A stretch of DNA of 64,000 bases from Takakia lepidozioides (lineage: Eukaryota; Plantae; Bryophyta), in assembly GCA_030704615.1 (NCBI GenBank), contig CM060734.1, forward strand, positions 1,054,001 through 1,118,000, given 5' to 3'. The number at the start of each line of letters is the position of its first letter. Positions within the stretch are counted from its first letter, which is position 1. The notes below the pieces were generated by a model. It saw only the letters and a list, made by a program, of their open reading frames with translations. It searched no databases and had not been told where the DNA came from. A program made the position numbers and the translations under genes. This document shows, one piece after another, positions 11,836 through 24,558 of the stretch.

Positions 11836-12114
11836 GCCACATTCCTCCTCATGCTGGGGGACTCTGCGCAACTCTGGAGGAAACGGCCCTTCATCCCGAC
11901 AAGGCACCCAGTACCTCTCATTCATATCATCCCAACGGATGCTAACATCCTCCAACTCCCTCAGAAATAGGTCTCTCCCAATCAGTTCGCGATTGTATGG
12001 GTCGTTTTCCGCTGGCACCCAACGAGTCATGTTCAATTGTCGGGGTTTTGCGCACTTCTTGGCCATGTGCCCGGGCTCCCCGCAATTAAAGCAAGTTTTT
12101 TCACAGTATCCACA

Positions 12115-12341
12115 ATGTGTGGACCAAAGATGAGCTTGAATCAAGTTTATTCTTGATGGGTCATTCAAGTGATGAACGCAACTATGGATAGTAGAGACGG
12201 AAAGAGAGTTTGCCTTGCCACATGATTTATTTTTTTTTTAATTCATTCTTGAACATATATTAATGACAAAAACATGTGCAATGTGCATGCAAAATTTGGC
12301 AATGAACAGACATAATCTGCACCCAAAACCATATTTTCTCC
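12115..12341. mobile_element. CACTA internal repeat unit; left flank of the MULE insertion
   Basis: Homologous to 23688-23908; the unit continues at 23563 after the insertion. Confidence 0.65.
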
Positions 12342-15300
12342 CAGGGATGCCTCGGCGTGAGCCTGGTCACGTGAGCGCGTGAGCGCGACTGCGCTCACGC
12401 CACGTCACCTTGCGCAAATGCCACGTCACGGGGCTCAGTCCACGTCATCACACGTGGAGGCCGAGTCACCACGCACCCAGAAAGAAGTGGAGTGTATTCC
12501 CGCGGATTGGCACCCTTTACCGCGGAAACAAGCTGGACGACATAATAAAAGGCATTGAATAAATGATGGATGAATGTACAGTTGGATGATAAACAGATGG
12601 ATGAGTTTGAAAAATCTATGTAGATGGATGAATGACGGATGGATAAGAGTAAAATGGATGAATGTATAATGGATGTTGAGCAATGACAAAAATTCATGAC
12701 AGGAAGATGCATGACCAAATCTTTTGACGAATGCACAAAGTATATGAAATGAGTGTGGAAGGTTTGTGGGGTGGATTAAAGAGTACAGAGGATGAATGTA
12801 CAATGGATGTTGTACAAAGGAAGCTTTCATGAATGGAGCACGCATGAATACAGTGTAGATGAATGCACAATGGATATGAGAAGAGTCAGGAAGGTTTGTG
12901 AGATGGATTCATACATATAGCAATTTAAACGAAAGTTGATTCTGTGATTATTATTTGTTCTAAAGGAACAACTACGGTAGAGTAAGGGGATTCAACGTTT
13001 TCCAGATAATATGAAAATGAATATTAAAAGAATACAGTTCAGTCTGACTCAGAGTCAGTACAATGTATCCCCTCTTCCTCTGCATCTAAGTCTAAGTATT
13101 TTAGAACACCGGATCCACGCTGGATACACCTACGGCTGGCCACTAAAAAGTCAGGGGATAGGGACTCGGACGCGTGAAGTGCCATTGCTTCGGCATAAAC
13201 AGGGAGCAGAAAATTGGAAAGGGGGCTGTCGAAAACAGACTCGCCAAAGAAATGACTGTTCTCCTGAAGATCCACCGCTGGCTTTCCTGAAAGACAGCCT
13301 GAAAAAGTTATTACTGTAACTTTGATGTTATCGAGAAATTGAGTATGACTCCCAAAGAGGGTTTAGCACTTACTCACATGAAAAGTCGTTGTCGACCTGC
13401 TTATCTTCGGGATCGTCATCATTTCGAATATGAATCCGATCAGTCTGTGTGCCTGAAGTGGAGCCAGACAAAAGGGGGAGGAGCACTGTGTTGTAGAGGT
13501 CAGAATCACCCTCCATACCAAAAAGGCTTCTTCCGCCTGCCTTGCATGCGTGGTAAGTTGCTCCTGCACCAGACAGGAGAACATAAACAGTTTGGAGGAG
13601 GGGATTTAAGCAGATGCAGATGAAACTGTTGAAAGGAAACCAATTCGGAAGGGAGAAAACGAACCTGTGGACACAGAAAGATCGACCACCCGTGCAGAGC
13701 GGTGGCTGCATGACTCCAGCAGTATTTGCATGAATGCTGGTGACTTTTCCTTTGCACCTCTCCAGGGAGTGCCATCTGGTCTCTTCAGAGTCTGACTGGA
13801 CTGCATGAAGTTGTACAAAATGTCATCGACATGGGGCTCATAGGGGGGGTTGACGAAACAACCCTGGTCAGAAATCTCAAAGCTGCGGATGGAGGATGGT
13901 GTCTTTGATGTGCGAATCCTCCGCAGGCAGATCGCCTCGAACATCCTCGTCTGCCAAAGATAGCAGGTTAGTGTGGTAAACACAATCTAAAGTGGAAGTG
14001 TGTACATCGGCTATTCAGAACTCTGACACCAAAAACCATGAATCGTTGATGATCGGTGTCGATCATAAAACATTCTACTAGAGTGGAGCTGCAGAGAAAA
14101 TTGAAACTCATGATCAAAGCATAAGCAGAAGGCAGACGGCATACCAGCTGACCAGGGAAACCCCCTTTCACAAGGTAGAGGCTGTTCACACAATTCCATG
14201 TGCGCAAAACTTCAAACCCTGAAGACTTGAGGTATGATGCCAATGCCCGACGACTATCATTGTCACATGACTGAAAAAGCAGAAGTGTCCCTGCATCAGA
14301 GAGGAAATTGTTACAGAACCCGAATACCCAACTCCAGTAGTTGTCCTCGAATTTGTTCCACCTGGCGTCTTGCCCTTTGGAAGAACTTCTGGCACAGCCT
14401 GGCCATCCGGGATGTCGAGAATGACAATGTCGGCCGCATAAGTTTTCTGCACACCGCACACGAAGGTGGGACCTGTGCTCACCTGCAACAGACATGTTTT
14501 TTATAAGAACGATGGCAAGAATGTTTTCAAAGAACGAGACTGAAATACTGCCAACGAAACATTCAGAGAAAAAGGAAAGAAACTGGAATTCTCACCAGAT
14601 TGAGGAATGAGATTATATTGTCCCAGGTAGGGGATGGCACCCCAGTGTATCCTCTCTTTCGACTCTGCATCATCGAAAGCCAACCCTCATTAACAATTTT
14701 CATCTCTCCTGCTGAATCAGAACGGGAAGGGTGTGGCTTGGCATCGAACACGCACTGAAGAGTGCGGGTATATCTTCCAGCACTAAAGTCCTGCCCACTC
14801 TCCATCTCCTTTTCATTCTCCTTCCCCTTGTCCTTTTCCTTCTCTTTGGACTTGTCTTTGTCCTTTGGCTTTGCTGGTGAGATGGCTATGACATCAACAG
14901 CCTTGTCTTTTGGTTTGCGGCCCGCCTTCTTTCCCTTCTGCGGCGTTCCCTGAGCATCAGGCTCCTTGGCAGCCAAGGTTGCTATGTTTCGTTGATACTC
15001 TTCGTCAGTCAAAGGCGCCAGCATCTCAGCGTTATTGTTCAAGTATTTCATATGCTGTTCTTGAAAGGTCGTGTGCTCAGGTGGGCAGTCAAGGTACCAC
15101 CCACAGTCTCTGAAGTGAGAAGGACTCCAGTCCTTCAATATCCCTGCAGTATACATGGTTGGATCGTTTGCAGGGTCCGACCACATGTCAAGATAGTCGG
15201 GAATTCCGCTCAGGTGATTTCCTTCCATAAGCACATATTTCGTGTACCTGAAAAAAGGAGATGAATCCCAACCCACAAAAGCGCTCAGTGAGTAAGATGC

Positions 15301-15388
15301 AAGTAGAACAGAAAGAATAAAACATGGATTGAAATGGCTCTGACAACTGCTCCAAGGACCTTTCAGGACCACACTACTGCTCCAGATA

Positions 15389-16114
15389 TGAATGTCGTCA
15401 ACGCCATTCAGAACATTCCATTCCATGACACTGTAAATACATCCTAATCCAGGTGAATGCAAATAAGCGATTAGAAATGACACAGACATAGAAGTGAATG
15501 TCGTCAACGACATTCAAGAATGAAGCCAAATTATTACTGAAATGAAGCAAAATCACAGGATGGAAATAAAAAAATTGAGTAAGGAACCATCCAGGAAAAC
15601 TCAATGCACATTCATAACGAACCTATCACTGAGGACCTCACAACATCACTGTATGTGAATGGCGTCAACGCCATTCACAAAAATACAAAAAAGAAACCAA
15701 TTACTTAGCTCCCCAATCCATGAAAATTGAATTTGTCGTTTTTGAATAATACAGACACAGCTGTGAATGTCGTCAACGACATTCACTTTGGATTTCTTAA
15801 AACAGAGCTTATCAAGCCTCCATATTCATCGCAAGAGGAAAAAACAATGCAGAACAACTGAATGTCTGCATTGACATTCAGCAAAATGAAGTGATCAACC
15901 CTCATTGTAACCTCTATGGACATTACAAAAATTTAAATAACCTTGAGGACCACACAACAACTCCGTATGTGAATGTCGTCAACGCCATTCAAGGACATTA
16001 TCAATTCTAATCAGGGACAATATAATTGCACCCTTAGATCCTAACCAGGTGAATTCATATACTCGCTTAAGAATGACTCAGACAAAGAAGTGAATGTGTC
16101 GTCAACGACATTCA
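15389..16114. repeat. Intronic array of 7 palindromes TGAATGTCGTCAACGACATTCA
   Basis: Copies start at 15389, 15495, 15656, 15764, 15859, 15970 and 16091. Confidence 0.85.
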
Positions 16115-17987
16115 ATCTGGATCTAAGATTGCAATCCATATGAAGCCACAATTTTCCCAAAAAAACAGTAGAGTTTCAAGTATGACATTTCACCTGTACA
16201 CAACTCGCATCATGGCCCACTCTCCTCCAACCTGACTGTCAAAGTCGTTGGACCGTAAAATGTTACCATCTTTGGAGAACTCCCGGAAAAAACAGTATCT
16301 CCAGGTGAGACCTCTCCACTTCCTTATGTATGCCTCCAATGACATTTGGGGAGGGGAAACAATCGCAATGTTCAGGTCCTTCAAAGTCTGATCCAGCACA
16401 ATGACGGCGCGCTTTTCGAGCTGCAAATAGTATATTTGTCAGAATTGCAAAAAAGAAACACATCACATACTTGAAGAGAAGAAACAGCATGTTCGAATAC
16501 ACACCTGACTCCAAAATGTAGCCTTGTGGAGCCAGTTATCAAACACCAAATCACTGATTCCTTCCACCTTTGTGCCAGGCTGTATGGTGCTCTTTGGGAA
16601 CTGATTCAAGTCCTTTACTGTTTGATCTGAGTTCCATATCTCCAGCCACCTTATTTTTGTTTGTGGGTCGACCATCGATATGGCCAGCCGGTGCAATTTC
16701 TCCTGCTGCATCTCCGGATGCACATGCTTGTCATAGTGTGTTTTGATCTGCTGAAGGAACTCAGGACCAAGTCCAGGATCTACTATTCTAAGCTGCTTTC
16801 CGAAGGCTGACATCAATTTGGTTCTTCGCATCTCAAACTCCTTCTTTATTGCAGCTTCCACACCCTTTGATGTCCTTAGTTCCTCTGGTGTAGTGCGGTA
16901 ATATTCGGATTTTCCCTTCTCAGCTGCCTCTGCCAGTTCTTGCTGCATTCATTCAAGTAGTGATTAGCTCCGAAGGGACTCTAAACATGTATTCGAAAAG
17001 TAAACAGATTACAGACTCGGGCTTACCGCATACATGTACTCCAGAAACGCCTCTCGTGTCAAAGAATACCAAGTGCCTGCAGCTCTTCCTGTTTCGCACT
17101 TCTTGATGATATTGGGTGGTAGTACTGTCCGAAAATCATCCAGCTTCATCAGACCAATCCTCTGAATTCGGAATAGTGTGTGAACCAAGCTTGTTGTCAC
17201 ATGCGATTTCTCTGTCGATCTGCAAAAACATTGAAAACATTGCATTCCTTAACACTGTTTTTTGAGGATCAACAAGACACTACAGAGGGAATGAAATCTC
17301 CTGGATGACTTACTTGTTCACGTCGTGCATAGCTGTAAGAAGCCTAGCGATGTCGTTTCCTGGATCCAAAACCATTGCCTCCACAGCAACATGCTTGTCT
17401 TTGTCTTTCGAATGGTGTTTCTGAATGTATCCCATCCATGCCAGCAATCGGTGGTTGCCGTCCCAGACGTAGAACATGTGGTTGCAAAATTGCTGGGTGT
17501 TCTTTCCCATCATGAGGCCCAGCTCGAACTCCTCATTGGCATCTTTCCAGCACTCATCCCAGTTATCACTGATCTCTGGAGAAACTAATGTGCTTTTCCC
17601 ATTTATATCCGTCAGTGACACATAAAAAACTTGTGCACCAAGTCTATATCCATGCACAAAATCACTCTCCAATTTTGTTATGTCATGGGAAAGAGGTGGA
17701 CGCACACAACAGGCATTGATATCATCCGGCACAGAGGTATGTCCAGACGCCCTCCAGATACGAGCATGTCCCTTATAACCTCCTGAGAGTTTACCTTCTG
17801 GAATGACATGAGTTCTTTCACCTTGTCAAGGTAGTGCACTTCGGATTCATCTGCTTCATCTGTATTCTCTGAGCTTTTTGCGGACTCGTCCCCATCTCCA
17901 GATCCTTTCCCCTCTGATCCTGTAGGCTTCGACCTCACAGTTTTCTGCACGATGCCATTCAGTTCTGACTAAGTGATTTGCAAATAG

Positions 17988-18306
17988 TGAATGGCGGTAA
18001 CGACAATCACTCTGTATCAAGGAAACTCACCATGAATGGTGTGAAAGAATTCAGCACAATCTACACATGCAAAGCCGAGACTGCCGTATTCAAAACAAAA
18101 GTGAGAGCGATAGCGAACGGCGTTAACGACAATCACAAAAGATAACAACCTGCCGGATCGGTGTTGTGTAATGACATATATGTGCAACTGATTGGCGGCA
18201 ACGACATTCAGTGTAGTTTAGGGAGAATAGTAAGTGCAGACTCTCTCTTCAAACACATAGGTACATAAATCTCATGAGCAGAATCGAATGGCGTTAACGA
18301 CGCTCG
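17988..18306. repeat. Intronic degenerate copies of the same 22-bp palindrome
   Basis: Copies start at 17988, 18114, 18189 and 18285. Confidence 0.7.
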
Positions 18307-19759
18307 CGATTCAGTAGTTCCTGCTAAAGAATGGAAGAGGAAGGACTCCTTGAAAGGCAATCACACAGACTATATGATAAAACTTACTGGCACCTTCTTA
18401 GGTTTTGAAATTTGATCCCCTTCTGCAGCTTTCCTCTTCCCTCTCACATCTGCTGGAGTTTCTGTCTGCGCAAGGGTTTCTTGACCTTCTTCAGGTTCGG
18501 CGTTCCGCGTGCTTCCACCTTCTTCAGTGTCCCTGCGATTCATCTCTGCCTCCACAGGCTGGCGCACTCTTATCGCCGACTGTGTCGCAGCCGCTGCCTC
18601 AGTCTCCGTCTGCTCTTGTGAATCAGTCTCCGCGTTCACCTGCTGCCTTGGCCCTGTGTTCTCCAACAAACGACGCCTCGTCATTTTCTCTCTTGCTCTG
18701 CGTCTCTCTCTAAGGGAAGTAAAAATAAAGAGACTTTCTTCTCTTTCGTATTCTAGAAGGAACCCTCTCCAGCTTGACTACCACTCTCCTCTAAGCGCGA
18801 AAAGTAGAAAAACGCAGTGAGTGACCCGATTTCTTGCGGGATTGCCTGTGTTCTTGCGTGTCTCTAGAAGCATCGGATTCCCTCCCGCGTGACCGTTACA
18901 CATAGTCGTTTCGTTATTAGTGCACATGCCAGCAATTGGTGTACAGCTGTTCGTATTCAGTTATGGATGTCTGACGTGTGCCGCCCAAAAAAAACGGCGT
19001 GTTCTAAATTATAACTGGTTCAATATTTAAAAAGAACAGCGAATCCCAGAAATTGATGCGCAGTCTTAAACAAATAAATATAAATGAACGAGAGTTTGAT
19101 GACAAATTTTGGAATATCATACACGGTCATCCTTGTTATCCAAACCCCACATTCGTTGCACATTTGGAACTTTCCAGGTGCGCATGATCATTGTTGGTAG
19201 TAGTATATAGATACATTTACTTAATCTGCCAATCCCTTCTCGGATCTCCTGTGCATGCTTCCAGGAAGTCGGCTTTGTTATTGGGTTTATTGATGAGGTT
19301 CTGATAACGGTTTAACAGTTGCCGACAATTGCCATCCTATGGATTCTTTCTGCACCACTCAATGGCTCCACAAGAAATAGTATATTTAAATATGGACGGC
19401 CTGCATATCTGGAAGCTAAATAACATACCCAGGTTCACAGTCTGTAATCTGACCGCTTCCTAGCCATTGTATGCTCTGCGCATTCTTCAACTGTGTTCTG
19501 GAGATCTAGCAGTAAAACGATGTTTACACTAGATCTGCTGATATGCATTTCCACCAGCGTCCAAAAATACTGAGTGAAGGAAGATTGGCTTCCTTGAATT
19601 TGAGGAGTGCATGTTCTTCTTCTAAGACGCCACAAACCAGTGCCGTTCTTCCCAGTTAAGTCTTGAAAAGGATTGCTCAATTGTTCTGGAAACATGTTTG
19701 TGTTGCTACCCGTTTTCAGCTGCAGAATGGCGCCATCTTTTTTGGAGAAAGAGGTTTAC

Positions 19760-22700
19760 TTGATATGAAAGGTGAAGTTTGTGGTGAAATATTCTTTCCA
19801 AAAACCCGGGATTTGATGAGACGGCTCTATATCAGCCAGTGTGAGAGTGCGTCCTGGTCGATTACAGAGTACTTGGAGAGCCTCGGCGAAGTCCTTGGGT
19901 CTATATGTGACGCCCGCGGAAGCGCCTGCTCCTCGGTGTTGTAAGACAATGAGGGAGGTGGTGGTGAAAAAAGAACAGACTTCCTCTCACTCACCCCAAC
20001 CGTTGAGCTTTCGGATTGTCTTCCCCGAGATTGAATATAAGTGAAATTCCAAATCCAGTCCTTCCTACTGTGGTTGCAGAAGCTGATGAAGAAGAGATTT
20101 GTAGTGTCATTCCAAAATTGCGGGCGATGGGAGGAATGGCTGGATTCAAAAGTGAGTTGCGGGGAATTGATTGGGAATCTCTTGAAGCAGGTGCCTGTGA
20201 AGTTCTTTGCCGGAGACTTTTGATGGCGATATCCTATTGAGCTGCCTCCTCCTCCGCGAGTTGGAGGTTGTAACAATCATGATGCATGGAATGGACAAGA
20301 AACACGACGGGCACCCGTGGTGCAGAACAAAAACATCCAATATTCAGAATGGACAAGCTTGTTTTCAGGGAGGACAGTTTGCAATGGACACCTTAGGTGT
20401 GATATTTGAATTGTTTTTCAGTCTGGAGTTCATAATCAAAGAATGGAGGGTCTGGCGGAGAATCCATTTCAGCCTGGGACGCCCTCCACCGGCAAACACT
20501 TTCGTCTGCAAATTCTGCAAACTTGTGCCATCCTGCTTGGCGCTCTGCGGAGCAAGAATGTACTATGTTGTCCACCGTTTGAATACAATGACGAGAGCTT
20601 GTGTGCATTTTGGATTCCATAACCATCCTGTCTCGAAGGGGGATTACAGGGAGGTGTTGAGACAGTATCGAGGTTGATCAAACATGAGTTCGGGAGAAAC
20701 CCATCCGCAACAACATCTGCAATTGCTCTTGGCGCAAGCAAGTCCTTCTTGGAAAGCCATATTTTGAGTGAAGGAGATTTTGTGGGGACTAAACTTGACG
20801 GTGCAGCATTGGACCTGGTCATGGATCATTTCTCCACTTTAAGTTCACCTAACATTCGGCATCAGATCAATGCATTGAGAATGGGCTCTGGGATCAGAGG
20901 CTACATAGACAATATTTTGGAATTGAAACGACTGAGCAAGTACGATTACATCCAGGACAATGTATTCCCAGGTCAAGGTGCCATCAAAGTTTTTCTTTTC
21001 AAAATGTCGACTGTTGGGGAGGGCAGTGGGGTTAGCCTCGTGAAGCGGATGCAAAAGACTGGGGACTTGCAGAACTGTTTTCTTATGTTTGATCATGTGA
21101 AACGAGTGAAGGATTGGACGACAATGACTTGTCATGTCTACGATCCAGTGTACCAACGAGTTATGACAATTGCAGTTTGTGACATGCAATCCAAGGATAC
21201 GGAATCCCAGAAGCTCATGTGGAATTCCCTGATACGTGTCATGGGCTGCCATCTCCAAATTTCGCAGGTTTCATGGCGGATAGTGCTCAAGCAAATTTCA
21301 ATGCTATTCGTATTGTCTTCGGATCGGGCGACCCAAAAGTGCCTATGCCAGGAAGAGAGCGTACATGTCTATTCCATTGGACACAATCTCTGGAAAAACA
21401 TACAAAGTCGGACATCAAACCAGAGATGCAGACTCAGCACCGTAAATTGTGCAAAGAGTACAAAGATGCTAGAACAATGAAGGAGGCGGACACTTTGTTC
21501 CAGACAATTCGTGCCTGGTGGTTCTCTTCTGGAGCTGCATCACTTGAGAGTATGAGAGCATTGGAAGATTGGCTGGCGTTTTGGCACTTCCGGTATAGAC
21601 AGTGGGGAGCAGCCATGACAATGGTACGAGGCTTCTATTTCATGCTTTATTCATACATTTGCTTTTCATATTTTTGACTCATTGCTTTCTTTATGGTGTT
21701 TCCTGTGCACTATTCTGAAGTGTGGTTATCCTCTTTGCAGAACATGTCCATTGAGGAAATGGCAGACATGCCATCTTGCAATTTGGCAGAAACTGTGCAC
21801 AATGCATGGTTGCAGCAGTCTGGGAAACGAGGTCGGGATTTGTATGTGGCAACAACAGATGATTTGATACGTGCCTTGCAACAACAAACCCGATACCGTG
21901 ATTTCTTACGAGGTGGGGTTGGTGGCAAGGGTCCGGACAAATCGGAGTTGATGTTGCGTGCTGCAAACAGATCTGGGGATCCAATCAAGATAGCACGGGC
22001 GGTGAGCATGTATGCCCAGGGAACGCCACTTGTTTCTAGAGTTCCACATCTTGAAGGGGAGGAGAGATTCGGCTCCTGTAAGAGGAAATTGAACACTCCA
22101 CCTGGTTCGGATTCAGATTCCCACAGGGCAGAACTTCTCGAAGCCTCATGTTCCCCTGCATGACAGCTCCGTGTCCGGAACCTCCATTGTGGAGGAACCT
22201 CCAACACGACGGCAAGCTCCAGCATCAAACCGTGCCACTGAAATGGTGCAGGAGAGAAACAACCCCCTTGATGTGCTTGAGTCCGCATGCCCCGACCACG
22301 TTTGGCACATAGAACGCACAAGTGTCGGGTCTCGTGTGAAATGTACAGCGATCAGGGCAACTAATTTCGAGAAGTGCACTTCATCTATATCCAGAGGTGG
22401 TGCCCGAACTCCTGCTCCGACTTTCACGGGCTTGATGCGTCCATACGGTCAACCAGAAGCCAAGAACCACAAGTTCTGGTTCTGCGCAGATGATTGTGCC
22501 AGATGTGTGCATGGAACTGTGCGTCCTTCCGTAGTGATGAAGCCATCTCCTCCAACCGTTTGGCCCGTGAAGGTGGGAACACATCTCAGCTTTCAGGAGA
22601 TTGAAATGCTGGAGGAGGCAGGTTTTTCCCTCGGAAGCACCACGGAAGTACCCGATCCAGGATATGGTCGGGTATTCACAATCATCACTTCCACATCTGC

Positions 22701-22944
22701 TGTTCATGACAGGACCTACGACATCACGGTTTCCAATTTCCCCAATTGCACATGTCCTGATTTTGTGAATATGCTATCAACCAGTTTGGGCAAGAGAGGT
22801 AAATTCATACCCTGCAAACATTTGTATTTCATATTTTTGAGGAGGATGGTTTGCGATCCCAAACGTGACAACTTCATTCACCAGGCCACTATGAGTTTCA
22901 ACGAGGTCGATACTCTTTTGCAGCGGGATACAACACATGGGTAG
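19760..22944 (+). pseudogene. Mutator-like DDE transposase with N-terminal GCM/WRKY-like Zn domain and C-terminal SWIM finger (frameshifted; start approximate)
   Basis: WCRTKTSN..CKFC..C...C..HFGFHNHP; catalytic-type MFDHVK, FMADSA, CLFHW and NLAET; SWIM CTCPDF...CKH. Intron ~21624-21740; several frameshifts. Confidence 0.85.
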
Positions 22945-23562
22945 CATGAACTATGTAATGTGGTATGTGGATGACCATGATTTGAAATGTGTAATTCACA
23001 TCAATTCGTCGGCTGTGCAATGATATGGCCTCCAACTATACGGAGTGAGGTCTGAGTGACAACTTTTAGGTAGTGCACATTTGTCATTGCATCGTTCGAA
23101 GTCTACATGTCTTGCTGTCGCTATGCACTACAATCATCTTTTGAAGATGATCATAACTCTCATTGTTATTTGAGGAGGGAGGAAGTCTTCTCGTGGCAGC
23201 CTTTATGGCGCACACTTTGTGAGGATATTTTGTCGTCTTCGTAATTGTAAAAATGAAACAAACATTTGTAATTGCACAATGTTGGATGCTGCAATTGTAG
23301 GCCTCAACGCTCGTCTTGATTCTATTTAGGCAAGATTCCCTGCATTAATTCCACGGTCATAGGACCATCCACGGTTATAGGCGGCGCATGTTAATGCTGA
23401 CGTGGCAGTTGACGGACAGTGCCACGTCATCATTTACCGCCACATCAGCATGCTGACATGACGCTCACGCCACGTCAGCATGTGTGCAGGCTCACGCCAC
23501 GTCAGCTGGCGTGAGCGTACGCTCGCACGCTCACGTGCAACGCTCACGCCATTGCGTCGTTG

Positions 23563-24558
23563 ATTTCTTCCCTCATTTGCACTCCAAGGTTGAGTTCTCT
23601 TAAACTTCATGAACTGTTGATGAGCATATTTGTTCTTGTTGCTCATCTTTTGCGACTTTGCATATGTGATCTGGACATACCTACGTGCATGCGGACCAAA
23701 TATGAGCTTGAACCAAGTTCATTCAATGGGTCATTCAAGTGTTGAATGCATCTACGTGTTGTAGAGACCGAAAACTGCGTTTCGCCTGCACATGGTTTTT
23801 TTTTAAAATTCCATTATTAAACCATATGCTTAATGACAGCATATACAATGTGCGCGCAAAATTTGGGAGTGAACAAAAGTCATCTGGACCCAAAACCATA
23901 TTTTCTTCCCTCATTTGCACTCCAAAGTTGAGTTGTCTTCAATTTCATGCACTCTTCATAGAGAGTTCCGCAATAGTGAACGAAGAAAACATTTTTTTTA
24001 AAAATTTGTTTTTTGGTCCAATCTTTTGCAGGATGTAGTGGTGCAAGGGTTGAATTCACGGAACAAAATACATCAAAAATAAAAATCATTATGTAGCAGA
24101 AATCCCCAATCCTAGACCCCCAGGCGAGAGGGTACTGCGACGCCCCAGCAGGCCTACGACGTTGGGGAGTCGCAACCTCGCCATTGTGGACCGGGGTGCC
24201 GTTGCGACTCCCGGGTGTCGCAGGGCATGTCTGCGACGCTAGGGCGTCGCAAACCCCAGTGCGAGCTGGCTCGGCCCTCCCACGTGCCTAAGTGGGAGGG
24301 GGGTGTCGTTGCGACTCCCGAGCGTTGCAGCCTGCCAAGGGCGTCGCAACCCCCAGCGCGCTGGCGGGTCATGCCCTAATTCCAGCTACGTGGTGGCAAC
24401 GCAAGATGGGGAAACGTTACCTGAGCGGCGCCGTTGTGACGCTCCGACGTCGCAATCTCTGGGCCGGGCACCTGCGTGACGCGGCAGTCGCAGGGGGGTC
24501 GGTGAGTCCGGCGCGCCCGGGGTCTCGGCATCGCTAACCCCCCCTAAACGTAGTAGTG
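23563..24558. mobile_element. CACTA element arm, same family as 3176-5057
   Basis: Ends aaccccccctaaacgtagTAGTG (24554-24558); GCGAC/GTCGC subterminal palindromes. Confidence 0.8.

Larger units (their letters stand above)
13039..18684 (-). pseudogene. Multi-exon ParB/Srx-like domain + beta-class N4C/N6A DNA-methyltransferase-like fusion (copy 2)
   Basis: Approximate exons 18684-18388, ~17967-17314, 17219-17027, ~16960-16504, 16421-16194, 15247-14596, ~14482-14144, 13950-13665, 13563-13376, ~13300-13039. ParB-like VRPPLSHDITKLESDFVHGY...FYVWDGNHRLLAW. MTase ADIVILDIPDG...KSPAFMQILLESCS..VVDLSVSTG|ATYHACKAGGRSLFGME. Frameshifts at ~17705 and ~14360. Confidence 0.75.
12342..23562. mobile_element. 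Full-length (~11.2 kb) MULE-like transposon with divergent transposase and ParB-methyltransferase genes
   Basis: Imperfect TIRs: left cagggatgcctcggcgtgagcctggtcacgtgagc, right (reverse complement) caacgacgcaatggcgtgagcgttgcacgtgagc. The flanks rejoin into the uninterrupted motif ccatattttcttccctcatttg seen at 3190 and 23896. Degenerate TSD ttttctcc / atttcttc. Confidence 0.8.

Noticed and set aside
13039-18684. Bacterial/phage contamination or a restriction-modification operon
   Set aside because: The gene has conserved GT-AG introns and sits inside a eukaryotic TE, in the same window as CDC20.
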